A stretch of DNA of 63,268 nucleotides. Origin: Planctomycetota bacterium. Its GTDB lineage: Bacteria; Planctomycetota; SZUA-567; H5-PLA8. The first letter of the stretch is position 1. The number at the start of each line of letters is the position of its first letter. Positions 50,666-58,828 of the stretch are shown in pieces. The position numbers were made by a program, and so were the translations under genes. The stretch spans positions 1 to 63,268 of the forward strand of contig JBBRPR010000052.1 in assembly GCA_038227875.1 (NCBI GenBank), in the 5' to 3' direction. Below the pieces are notes generated by a model. The model had not been told where the DNA came from, made no database searches, and saw nothing but the letters and a program-made list of their open reading frames with translations.

Positions 50666-50831
50666 TGGTAGCCCTCCTGGCTGCGCGTTCACCACTGACT
50701 GGGAAGTTGAGAGAAGCGAATTCGCCGAAATTGGATCGCGCCGCTGCGAACGCACTCAGTGCCGCGACGTCCGTAGCGTCGACGACCGCCATCGTTTGTT
50801 TGTCGCAGCCATAAAGATGAATGCATTCCAT
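50658..50831 (-). pseudogene. Internally deleted HNH-AP2 remnant (57 aa)
   Basis: N- and C-termini resemble those of 44067-44606, but the core is missing. Confidence 0.55.
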
Positions 50832-50847
50832 TGCGTCTCTCCATGTA

Positions 50848-50925
50848 AGTAGCGCCCGGGATTCGAACCCGGTCAGTGGGACGGTTCCATGCCCGCCCAG
50901 CGTTTCGCCAGTACGCCCGCGCCAC
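50848..50925 (-). ncRNA. tRNA-like RNA with a non-canonical anticodon arm
   Basis: Acceptor GTGGCGC/GCGCTAC, D-stem GCGT/ACGC, T-arm CCGGG-TTCGAAT-CCCGG; 8-nt central loop; no encoded CCA. Confidence 0.7.
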
Positions 50926-50960
50926 AACCCGACGCAAGACGCGCCGGGTACTGAGCTATA

Positions 50961-51006
50961 GGTTTCGTTTAGAACTTGAGGATTTTTCAGGGAACTGTGC
51001 GGTTAA
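50961..51006 (-). promoter_or_regulatory. Element-specific bipartite motif, copy 1
   Basis: TTAACCGCACAGTT-N22-AAACGAAACC on the minus strand; recurs at 56612 and 57775. Confidence 0.65.
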
Positions 51007-51066
51007 GAATTCAGACGACTTTTTTGACAGCGCTTGTACAATTGCCATCACTATACGGGGATCGTT

Positions 51067-51978
51067 ATGAGCACATTGACGTTGGCGCAGACGCAAGCAC
51101 TTGTTGAGCTATCCAAACTTTTCTATACTTTTTTGCCAGGATCCGGCGCTATTTTTACTTGGCAAAATGTTGCCGAGAACAATAGCGTGGGATCTTTTTG
51201 GAGAGGCGGCAGTAAACAGCCGGCAATTACGCATCTAATGGAAGCTACCTACGAACATAGACCGGATCGTTTTTGCCCGCTAATAGTGATGGCCGTCCGA
51301 GAAGGAATGAAATACAGGAGCAAGAGAAACGAACCCGTTACACTCCAAGAGATCCAGCGCGTTAATGAACTTTTAAAGAAGCTTAAATTCCAAATACCCG
51401 ATTTGAACGATCCAGTCTTTCTTCGGGACCTACCGACCTCCGCCACCCCGACAGGCGCAACGAACACACCATCCAATGAAATCAAGCGAGCTGACATAGC
51501 TCGATTGCATGCGCAATTTCTTAACGTCCTTTCGATAGCGGATGCACGAGCGAGGGGATTTGCACTTGAGAAATTCCTGAACGATTTTTTTTCCGAACAC
51601 GGCATGAATCCCAAGGCCTCATTTAAGCTAGGTGGAGAGCAGATTGACGGATCCTTCACCTTGAACGGGGATGTTTACCTGTTGGAGGCACGGTGGCGAG
51701 AGGAGCCAGCCAACGCTGCCGATCTTATGGTTTTGCGCGGAAAGTCAGAGAAAAGTGAATGGACGCGAGGTTTATTTCTATCGATGAATGGGTTTTCGGC
51801 GCTCGCAATTGACTCTCTAAAAACTGGGAAGAAGGCCAATCTAATAGGCATCGACGGAGAGGATCTCATTCTCGTCCTAGAGCGTCGGTGGACACTTCAA
51901 GATGCAATTCTGGCCAAACTCAGACACACGGGCGAGACGGGAGAATTTTTCATCCGTCTCGCCGTCATTCCCAGATAG
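51067..51978 (+). CDS. Restriction-endonuclease-fold (Mrr-cat-like) protein
   Basis: RGFALEKFL, GEQIDG, YLLEARW, GLFLSMNGFS; lower GC and opposite strand to its neighbours. Confidence 0.8.
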   Translation: MSTLTLAQTQALVELSKLFYTFLPGSGAIFTWQNVAENNSVGSFWRGGSKQPAITHLMEATYEHRPDRFCPLIVMAVREGMKYRSKRNEPVTLQEIQRVNELLKKLKFQIPDLNDPVFLRDLPTSATPTGATNTPSNEIKRADIARLHAQFLNVLSIADARARGFALEKFLNDFFSEHGMNPKASFKLGGEQIDGSFTLNGDVYLLEARWREEPANAADLMVLRGKSEKSEWTRGLFLSMNGFSALAIDSLKTGKKANLIGIDGEDLILVLERRWTLQDAILAKLRHTGETGEFFIRLAVIPR

Positions 51979-51984
51979 GGCCGC

Positions 51985-52341
51985 TCAACGCACCTTTACT
52001 GAGTACTCTTCACCAACGGCCAGCACAGCCTTGAAGACCGGATTGCTGCGATAGTCGTCCTCATCCAAACCCAACTCAATCGCGATAATCCGATCAGCAT
52101 TGCCCGCCGGCTCCAACGCTTCAATCAGCGCCAGCGGGGCCAGAACTTCCGGGTGAGCGTCTTCTGGAAGCCCGTGGACGGCCTTCATCCGATTAATTAT
52201 ATCGTCACGCTGACCCGGGTACTTAAAGTGCGCGACCTTCATGTCTTCACTGCTCGTGCTGACGAACCATCCGTAATACTTGGATGGCTCATCGGGGTTG
52301 AAATGAATTGTTTCTTCCAAGTCATACACGTTGGTGGACAT
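51985..52341 (-). CDS. Hypothetical protein
   Basis: Start moved to MSTNVY, just after the stop at 52346. Confidence 0.6.
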   Translation of the reverse strand: MSTNVYDLEETIHFNPDEPSKYYGWFVSTSSEDMKVAHFKYPGQRDDIINRMKAVHGLPEDAHPEVLAPLALIEALEPAGNADRIIAIELGLDEDDYRSNPVFKAVLAVGEEYSVKVR

Positions 52342-52345
52342 GGGC

Positions 52346-54748
52346 CTACTTGACCAGCGTGAGGACGGGCTGCGATCGTGGCAACGTTGCCAGCAGTTCA
52401 TCGCAGTCGTCGACGAGACCGATCGTGATGGGGATGGGCGACCGCGGTGTGGGCGGCGCTTCGGGCTCTTCGTCGTGGTGGATGGACGGCATCGGCAGGG
52501 GGTTGACCGGATCGTCCTTCGCGCGGATGTCGGCGATGGTCTTGGGGGTCCAGTAGAAATCCAGTTCACCGTTGTTGGCGATGATTTCTGCGATGGAGAT
52601 GTAGCCCATCTCCCCGCCGTCACCGAATAGGTCCGCCAGTCCGAATGCCTGACTCTGGAACTGTTCGGGCGAATCGTCCGCCGAACCCTTGTCCTTCTCG
52701 GTGATGTACCAGCTCGCCCGACCGCCGGCGAAGTAGTGCAGGCGCACCATCGCTTGATCGTTCTGGCCGTTGGTCTGTCCCGTCGACGCCATGTTCTCGA
52801 CGATGCGGGCCAGTTCGATCATCTTCTCGACGAAGAATTCTTTCTCCTCGCCGCGCAATCCCTCGCGCACCGCATCGAGTTGCCGCTCGCTGATGAACCC
52901 CTTGAGCTTATTGATCGCGACCGTCGCATCGTGGCGCTTCTGCGCCCACGTCTTGACCGGGGCTACTGCACCCAGCGGCGCCATGCCCTTGATCGGCGCT
53001 ACTTGCGGCGTCCCCTTCGCGACGGAGTGATAACCGCCCTTCGGTTCGCACGGCTGCCCCGCGGTGATCATGTCCGGCGGCGCGGCGATATCGACTTTCT
53101 TGCGGGCTTCTACCGGCTGCTCGACGAACACCGGACCCGGGCTGCTTTGGACCACGCGGCGCAACGCTTCCTGCGGGGTTTCGGGATCGTCGATCGCTCT
53201 CGCTTTTCCATCCGTCCAACGATGGGTCACGGCGTCTGCCGACTCGTGGACCTCGTAGCTGTGCAGCGCGGTCCAACGCCAGGAGAGATCCTTGCCCCAC
53301 GCTTCCGCTTCCTCTTTCGTGGCAAAGCGGAGCCCGTTGTAGGTCCAGTTCTCTTTCTCGGCGGTCTTGCAGCCAATCTTCCAACTGACCGGACCTTGCG
53401 GCTTGGACTTCGGCGCGGAAGCGCGAGCCACGTAGTCGGCGACCTTGGCCTTGAGGCTGGCGTCCTGCATCACGGGCATGAGGACGGCGACCAGTTCATT
53501 GCCCACATAGAACGCGATCGGGCGATCGTGACTCTCGACGTGGATCGCGAGCGCCTTGGTCGCGCGCAGGATCAGGCGGACCTTGTGTGCGTTGGCAAGC
53601 ACAATGATATCGCCTGCGGTCAGCACCAAGAATTCGACTTCTTCTTTGTAAGCGAACTCGCGGGAGTGGATGTAGCCCGCGATCGAGGCTTCGGGGTGCT
53701 CCCCGCCCGGGACTTTCGCGAGCACGCTGCCGACCTGCTTGTCCTTGAACTTGGCGTAAGTATTGTAGGGCAGGTCCGGGATGCCCATCAGCTCGAAGAT
53801 CGCATTGCTGTTCGTGTGCTTGGCGATCAGCAGGAGCTTGCCATCGGTGATGTACTCGCTCTCGCGGGTGCCGACTAGCGGGTCGAGCGCCATCTCTGGC
53901 TTGAACGTCAAGTCCTCGAACCGCATCAGCACGGCCGGCGTTTCGGGCGTTTTCAATGGCTCCTCCTGCGTTGGGGTTTCTTCCGATCCGGTATTAATAA
54001 ACCCGCCGAACTTGTACTTCGCTTTTTCGGGGGCGATGCCTTGGTCCTTGTCGCTCTTGCGGATCGGATAGCGTTCGTGCCATTCGAAGTCAGCGATCTC
54101 GCGGAGCGTGCAGAACGAAACCCGATTGACCTTGCCGTAACCTCTGATGCCGTGGATCTGCTCGGTGTGAATGTCCACCATGAAGCGGCCGCTTCGGTTG
54201 ACGTCCACGTTCGCGTACTTCTTCTTCACCGAGACCTTCACCTCGTGGAATAACGGGCCGCCCTTGTGGTAGTGGTCCTTGTCCGCATCGTCCGGATTGA
54301 CGCGGAGATAGTCCTCGCGGAGCTTGGCGTTGACATCCGTCTCGACGACTTCGCGGAAGTGTTCGAGCCGCTGCTGGAGACCTATGGCCCGTCGGCGGAC
54401 CGCTTCGTCGCTCACGCCGTGTATAGCCGAGACGAAGTCGATCTTGCGTCCGTCCGGCATCTCAGTCGTGTGGTGGACGTCAGGGGTTGCAGATGTCGCA
54501 CCCGCTGTCGACGGCTCCGTCGCAGGCGCAGATGAGGTTGCGTCCACCGGCTGGATCGGCAGCGATCGGTACTGCTCCGGCAGCGACGTCTTCCTCCCAT
54601 ACCAGCATTTGTTGCGGATCGCCCACCGGAAACGGTTCTCCTTTAGTTCCTCGAGGATCTCCCGCTCCGGTTTGGTCTCGAACAAGATCTCCACGAAGTC
54701 CGGCTTGATCGCCGATTGGCGCAGGCTCGGCATGATGTCGTTCTCCAT
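52346..54748 (-). CDS. Large multidomain (polyvalent-type) protein with a C-terminal DUF2958-like domain
   Basis: Several small domains joined by Pro/Thr/Glu linkers; C-terminal HYF.GG..WYITE...FGL..L...E.GYISI.E....ELDFYW.PK. Confidence 0.75.
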   Translation of the reverse strand: MENDIMPSLRQSAIKPDFVEILFETKPEREILEELKENRFRWAIRNKCWYGRKTSLPEQYRSLPIQPVDATSSAPATEPSTAGATSATPDVHHTTEMPDGRKIDFVSAIHGVSDEAVRRRAIGLQQRLEHFREVVETDVNAKLREDYLRVNPDDADKDHYHKGGPLFHEVKVSVKKKYANVDVNRSGRFMVDIHTEQIHGIRGYGKVNRVSFCTLREIADFEWHERYPIRKSDKDQGIAPEKAKYKFGGFINTGSEETPTQEEPLKTPETPAVLMRFEDLTFKPEMALDPLVGTRESEYITDGKLLLIAKHTNSNAIFELMGIPDLPYNTYAKFKDKQVGSVLAKVPGGEHPEASIAGYIHSREFAYKEEVEFLVLTAGDIIVLANAHKVRLILRATKALAIHVESHDRPIAFYVGNELVAVLMPVMQDASLKAKVADYVARASAPKSKPQGPVSWKIGCKTAEKENWTYNGLRFATKEEAEAWGKDLSWRWTALHSYEVHESADAVTHRWTDGKARAIDDPETPQEALRRVVQSSPGPVFVEQPVEARKKVDIAAPPDMITAGQPCEPKGGYHSVAKGTPQVAPIKGMAPLGAVAPVKTWAQKRHDATVAINKLKGFISERQLDAVREGLRGEEKEFFVEKMIELARIVENMASTGQTNGQNDQAMVRLHYFAGGRASWYITEKDKGSADDSPEQFQSQAFGLADLFGDGGEMGYISIAEIIANNGELDFYWTPKTIADIRAKDDPVNPLPMPSIHHDEEPEAPPTPRSPIPITIGLVDDCDELLATLPRSQPVLTLVK

Positions 54749-55019
54749 TCAACGAGGCACGGAAAGTTTCAGCCGCCGCGGTGAACCCGCAGGCGAGACA
54801 GCGACACGGTGAGGTGCTTTGGTACATGCAGCCGGAGATGCCAGATACCCCCGGGGCTTTCGCGTAATCGACATGGGCGATGCAGGTGATCTCCAGGCTG
54901 AAGCGCTCGCTGGCGAAACAGACCGGGCAACTCAACCCTGCATCGCCGCCGCTGTCGTCAAGCAGCTCGCACTTGGTGACCGGATACTCCGGGGTTGGGG
55001 TGTTCGATGGGGCGTCCAT
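54480..55019 (-). CDS. Zinc-ribbon protein (3' end doubtful)
   Basis: CPVC...CLAC; as sequenced it overlaps the next gene by ~270 nt. Confidence 0.5.
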   Translation of the reverse strand: MDAPSNTPTPEYPVTKCELLDDSGGDAGLSCPVCFASERFSLEITCIAHVDYAKAPGVSGISGCMYQSTSPCRCLACGFTAAAETFRASLNGERHHAEPAPIGDQAGLRGDLVRDQTGAGDPRGTKGEPFPVGDPQQMLVWEEDVAAGAVPIAADPAGGRNLICACDGAVDSGCDICNP

Positions 55020-55294
55020 GTTGGCTCCAGTGGATGACCGCGATGGCGGTGGCAACGAAGACGAACAGGCCGATCAGGAAGCACAGGCCGACGACTTTGG
55101 CGTCGTCTTCAATCGATTCGGATTCGCGGCCTTGACCGCCTTGGGTGCAGCGCATGGGTCTACTCCGAGAATGGCGAGCATGTAGGGCGAGAGTTCGACT
55201 CCGGCGGCCAGACCGCGCTGGACGATCGTGTCGACATCGCACTGCTCGGGTTTGGTGTTCGTATTCATGGCTCGGGTAACACGGTCGACGGGGG

Positions 55295-55513
55295 TCATGA
55301 GTTGAGCCGCTCGCAAAGCTCATCGATCTTGTTGGGCGACAGCGGCTGCTCTTCGAGGAAGAATCCCGCGTAGCGCCCCCCTTCGATGTGCTTCGGGTCG
55401 GGCGACTCGTTCTGGTCTGAGTCGCGATCAGGGCCGGCGATAGCAGCCTGCCAGTGCCTGAGCGCTGCCAGCATTGTGGCGCGCTCGCTTTCATTGAAGC
55501 GGACTAGTGGCAT
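55295..55513 (-). CDS. Small hypothetical protein
   Basis: ATMLAALRHWQ...IDELCERLN; AAGGAG SD. Confidence 0.65.
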   Translation of the reverse strand: MPLVRFNESERATMLAALRHWQAAIAGPDRDSDQNESPDPKHIEGGRYAGFFLEEQPLSPNKIDELCERLNS

Positions 55514-55559
55514 ATCTCTCTCCTTCTCCCCCACTACAGACTGCGGTGTTCACTTCCGA

Positions 55560-55835
55560 TCAGGCGGGTGCGATCATGGCTTCGTGCGGGGTGGCGTATC
55601 CGGTCTGGTCACCGACGCGGATCCACGCTTTCGGAACGATCAGCGCGTTCTTGCCCTGGCGGGACACGCGGCCGTTGCGCGGCGTGTTGAAGGCGAACCA
55701 GCGGCCGGTCATCTCGCGCTGCGGCGACGAGGGCGGACGGACGAAGGCGTGCGACGGGGCCTTGACGACCTTGATGCGCGGGTTCGTGAGCGTCTTGCCC
55801 TCGAGCGCGGTGTTGAGCAGTGCGGCCATGGTCAT
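55560..55835 (-). CDS. Small hypothetical protein
   Basis: AAGGAG SD before MTMAAL. Confidence 0.55.
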   Translation of the reverse strand: MTMAALLNTALEGKTLTNPRIKVVKAPSHAFVRPPSSPQREMTGRWFAFNTPRNGRVSRQGKNALIVPKAWIRVGDQTGYATPHEAMIAPA

Positions 55836-56043
55836 GGGTGTGTCTCCTTGCGAATGCCGAGACCGAAACACTTCACATGAAGTGTTCGATCAGATCGGCG
55901 ATTGGGTTGAAAGTCAGAGCCCGAAGGCTGACATGCCGAGCAGGGTGCGATGGGCGCGGATGCGGGCTTTCGCCTCGCTGATACGCCGACCTTTCGTGCC
56001 GGCCGACTTGCGTTTCTTGCGGCGTTCGGATTTGTTGCGGCGG

Positions 56044-56433
56044 TTACCCATTGGAGGCTACCGCCTCTCCGGCGCGCACGCGGCCCTCCTCCTGCAGCAC
56101 GTGGGCGATCGCTTTTAGATAGCGCTCGTCGGTCTTGATCTTGCTGGCCCAGAGTTCGAGGCGCTTGCGGTTGAAGCGCGGCGCGGGTTCGAGCATGTAG
56201 GCGATACCCTTGCCAATCACGCAGGAGTAGCAGCCGTCGCCCTTGTGAATCAGGCTGGCGACCAACTTGATGCAGCGCGGATTTTTGCCGCCGCTATACC
56301 AGTTGTGCCCGCCCTCGTCGTACGAGACACGCAGGCGGATGCAGGGCGTCCGGTCTTTATTCACGATGTCGCGGCGGTCGGCCTCGTTTTGCTCCACCGG
56401 AATGTCGGCGACATCGATCGATCGATCTGACAT
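56044..56433 (-). CDS. Hypothetical protein
   Basis: GGAGG SD; ORF track. Confidence 0.7.
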   Translation of the reverse strand: MSDRSIDVADIPVEQNEADRRDIVNKDRTPCIRLRVSYDEGGHNWYSGGKNPRCIKLVASLIHKGDGCYSCVIGKGIAYMLEPAPRFNRKRLELWASKIKTDERYLKAIAHVLQEEGRVRAGEAVASNG

Positions 56434-56611
56434 GGCTCGTCCTCCAAAGGGTTGCTGTTCGAATGAACAGACCGACGCGCTCGCCCTGTCGACAGGGGTC
56501 CCATTAGAGGGAGAGCGAGCGCGATAGGCGCGTCCACGCGGTAGCGGATTTCACATGATTCACCTCGCTAGAAGGAAAGTTGCTCGCTCAGCGAACGTTG
56601 ATCACTGATGA

Positions 56612-56657
56612 GGTTTCGTTTGGATCTTGAGTCGAATTGAAAAAACCGTGCGGTTAA
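56612..56657 (-). promoter_or_regulatory. Element-specific bipartite motif, copy 2
   Basis: TTAACCGCACGGTT-N22-AAACGAAACC with the same spacing as copy 1. Confidence 0.65.
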
Positions 56658-57070
56658 AGAAAAAGACCGGACCATTGCTGGTCCGGCCTGAGTCTCAGGT
56701 CGTAGGGAATGACATCTTAAAAGACAGCATGCCGTCGATCATGGGATCGAGTAGAGGGTTTATGGTTGCGTCTGTATGCGTCACGGCGCCCCGTTCTTGG
56801 CCGATCCCAATCGGCTGCATGCCATCTTTCATTTATAGTCGCGCCGTAGAGGGCAAGAAGGCGCGCCAGACAGCGGGAGCTGCCCAGCCAGAGCACGTAC
56901 CACGGTAAACACCAAGGCATGAAGTTTTTCCTCGTATCGTCCGGTTAACGCTCCGGTGCGCGTGCGAATGAATTTGTAGCTGCGCCCAGTTCGCAAAGGC
57001 GCGCGGTACTCAGGACAGTTGCGATCACGTTGGAATCCTCTGGTTGGAATTCATCCACTGCGTGGTTGAT

Positions 57071-57241
57071 TTACACGAGCGCCACCATGCATAGGCCGCG
57101 CATGTGGTTGAACTGAGTGATCGTGATGCGCGATTCCTCCCACGCCCACGCGCCGTAGTCCGCCAGCGCGAAGGCGTCGGCGATGTAGATCCGTTCGCCG
57201 TGGACCATGTAAAGCGCGTCGTTGAAGAGATTGAAATACAT
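57071..57241 (-). CDS. 56-aa microprotein, paralog of 57245-57454
   Basis: Manual translation MYFNLFNDALYMVHGERIYIADAFALADYGAWAWEESRITITQFNHMRGLCMVALV. Confidence 0.6.
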   Translation of the reverse strand: MYFNLFNDALYMVHGERIYIADAFALADYGAWAWEESRITITQFNHMRGLCMVALV

Positions 57242-57244
57242 GCG

Positions 57245-57454
57245 CTACTCGATGGGTTGCAGCGCGCGCTCGCCGCCGATCAGCGGGACGAGTTCAACGC
57301 CGCGTAGTTTATTGAACGCGCAGATGTCGAGATCGCAGACAACCCATTGCTCTTCGTCCTTGTCGAGCGGGGTCGCGAGATCGTCGGGGTGCGTGGTGAA
57401 AACAAGCTCAGCCCAGATGCGGTAGACCCAACCGTTCAGAAGACTTAGATACAT
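57245..57454 (-). CDS. Small hypothetical protein
   Basis: ORF track; AAGGA SD; adjacent paralog. Confidence 0.65.
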   Translation of the reverse strand: MYLSLLNGWVYRIWAELVFTTHPDDLATPLDKDEEQWVVCDLDICAFNKLRGVELVPLIGGERALQPIE

Positions 57455-57487
57455 AGGCGATCCTTTTTCGGGCGATCTTTTGAGCGT

Positions 57488-57739
57488 TCACGCCTGCGCG
57501 CAAGCGGTGGAATTGGTATGGAGCGCGGACGGAATGCGGAAGCCATTGTTCACGCAGCGCTCGACGGCCTGATCGATCCACGTCTGCATGCCGGGTTCGT
57601 CGTGGCGCTTGGCGCAGTTGGCGGCCATCGCGACGGCGTCGGAAAGTTCGAGGTAGAGTCGGGCGATCGCTTCGTTCGTCTCGCGCCTGGCGCGGCGGAC
57701 GTAGCGGGAAGCGATGTGCGTCAGTTCGGCATGGTGCAT
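57488..57739 (-). CDS. Small hypothetical protein
   Basis: GGGAG SD; first gene after motif copy 3. Confidence 0.6.
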   Translation of the reverse strand: MHHAELTHIASRYVRRARRETNEAIARLYLELSDAVAMAANCAKRHDEPGMQTWIDQAVERCVNNGFRIPSALHTNSTACAQA

Positions 57740-57774
57740 GGGACAACTCCCTCTGTGGCAATGCCACGAATGTG

Positions 57775-57820
57775 AGATCGGTTTGAGGTGAATGGGCTGT
57801 TGAGAAAACTGTGCGGTTAA
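57775..57820 (-). promoter_or_regulatory. Element-specific bipartite motif, copy 3 (second half degenerate)
   Basis: TTAACCGCACAGTT-N22-AAACCGATCT. Confidence 0.55.
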
Positions 57821-57862
57821 GACTTAGTTTTCGTAAATACTACGCTTTATGCGCTGTTTCGA

Positions 57863-57890
57863 TTGACAAGGATATAGATCGAGATAGAAA
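57863..57890 (+). promoter_or_regulatory. Candidate sigma70 promoter for the RHS locus
   Basis: TTGACA-N16-TAGAAA upstream of 57973. Confidence 0.4.
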
Positions 57891-57972
57891 CGCCTCGATA
57901 TTGTTTTCTAGGTAGCGTTTTTAGCACGTTGCGCCCGAGTGTTTTGCTTGGGCGTTATGGGAACGGTGTTCA

Positions 57973-58791
57973 ATGCAGCGCGTCCGAACTCCCCTTCTAA
58001 TAGCAGCGATCGCCATGGCGTTGATGGCCGGGGTCCTCCTGTGGTTGTCAAGGGGCAACGGCACGAATACGGCGGGATCGCAAGCCTCCAGGCAGCCCGC
58101 TGGCTCGACTGGAACAACGACCTCAACAGACGTTGACAACAATCGCTCGGCCGAAAAACCGAAGATCTCTGGTTCGGCGGCGGCTGCTGATGCTGAGAAG
58201 CCCAAGTCTGCGGACGCGAAGAATTCCAAGGACGTCAAGGCGGAGCCGCAGAATTTTGGGCGCGCGGAGCCTGTTCCGGGCAATCTAAACCCGCAAACGA
58301 AGTCGGTGCAGGAAGCTCTAAAAACCCATGCGTATCCCGAGCGTTTGACGGCGATGATTCAACCGACTTCTAAGTTTGATAAGGCAAAATTTGATGCAAG
58401 CCCCACCGATTTCTTGAACTTGGTGGAACCCGGACGGGTCTTTTTAACAGCGGAGCCCGGCAGCAATGTGCCGCAGCTCAAACCCTCCACGCCAACGTAT
58501 GTTCAAATCAAGCAGGGTGAGTCAACGAAACTGACGGTAGTCAGTGCGCCGAACTATCCGGTCACCTTCACATCTTTCGACATGGGAAAATTTCTAGAGA
58601 ATGAGTTAAACAGCGTCACGGTTAAAGCGGATAAGGACGGGGTTGCCAGCGCGACATTTTCAGGCTCCAGCGGCACGCTCAACGACGTTCGTGTGCTGGC
58701 GGGATCGCCTATGGCGTCCGGGCAAGTTCGGTTTGTAGTTGATGTACAAGATAAAGGCGAACTCGGAACTGGATCGACATTGAAAAAGTAA
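57973..58791 (+). CDS. Membrane-anchored or exported protein with a C-terminal Ig-like domain
   Basis: N-terminal hydrophobic helix, low-complexity linker, beta-rich end (ADKDGVASATF). Confidence 0.75.
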   Translation: MQRVRTPLLIAAIAMALMAGVLLWLSRGNGTNTAGSQASRQPAGSTGTTTSTDVDNNRSAEKPKISGSAAAADAEKPKSADAKNSKDVKAEPQNFGRAEPVPGNLNPQTKSVQEALKTHAYPERLTAMIQPTSKFDKAKFDASPTDFLNLVEPGRVFLTAEPGSNVPQLKPSTPTYVQIKQGESTKLTVVSAPNYPVTFTSFDMGKFLENELNSVTVKADKDGVASATFSGSSGTLNDVRVLAGSPMASGQVRFVVDVQDKGELGTGSTLKK

Positions 58792-58828
58792 ATCAATTCA
58801 GTAATACCTATTCTCGAAGGAGAGAAGT

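Larger units (their letters stand above)
39300..57830. mobile_element. Integrative element (ICE/IME- or prophage-like), boundaries approximate
   Basis: Integrase, helicase, MTases, HNH-AP2 and many small co-oriented orphans; left edge coincides with a truncated gene; right edge not identified. Confidence 0.8.

Noticed and set aside
41885..51978. DISARM, BREX or type III R-M call
   Set aside because: No DrmA/B, PglZ, BrxC or Res motifs recognised; the context fits mobile-element establishment genes better.
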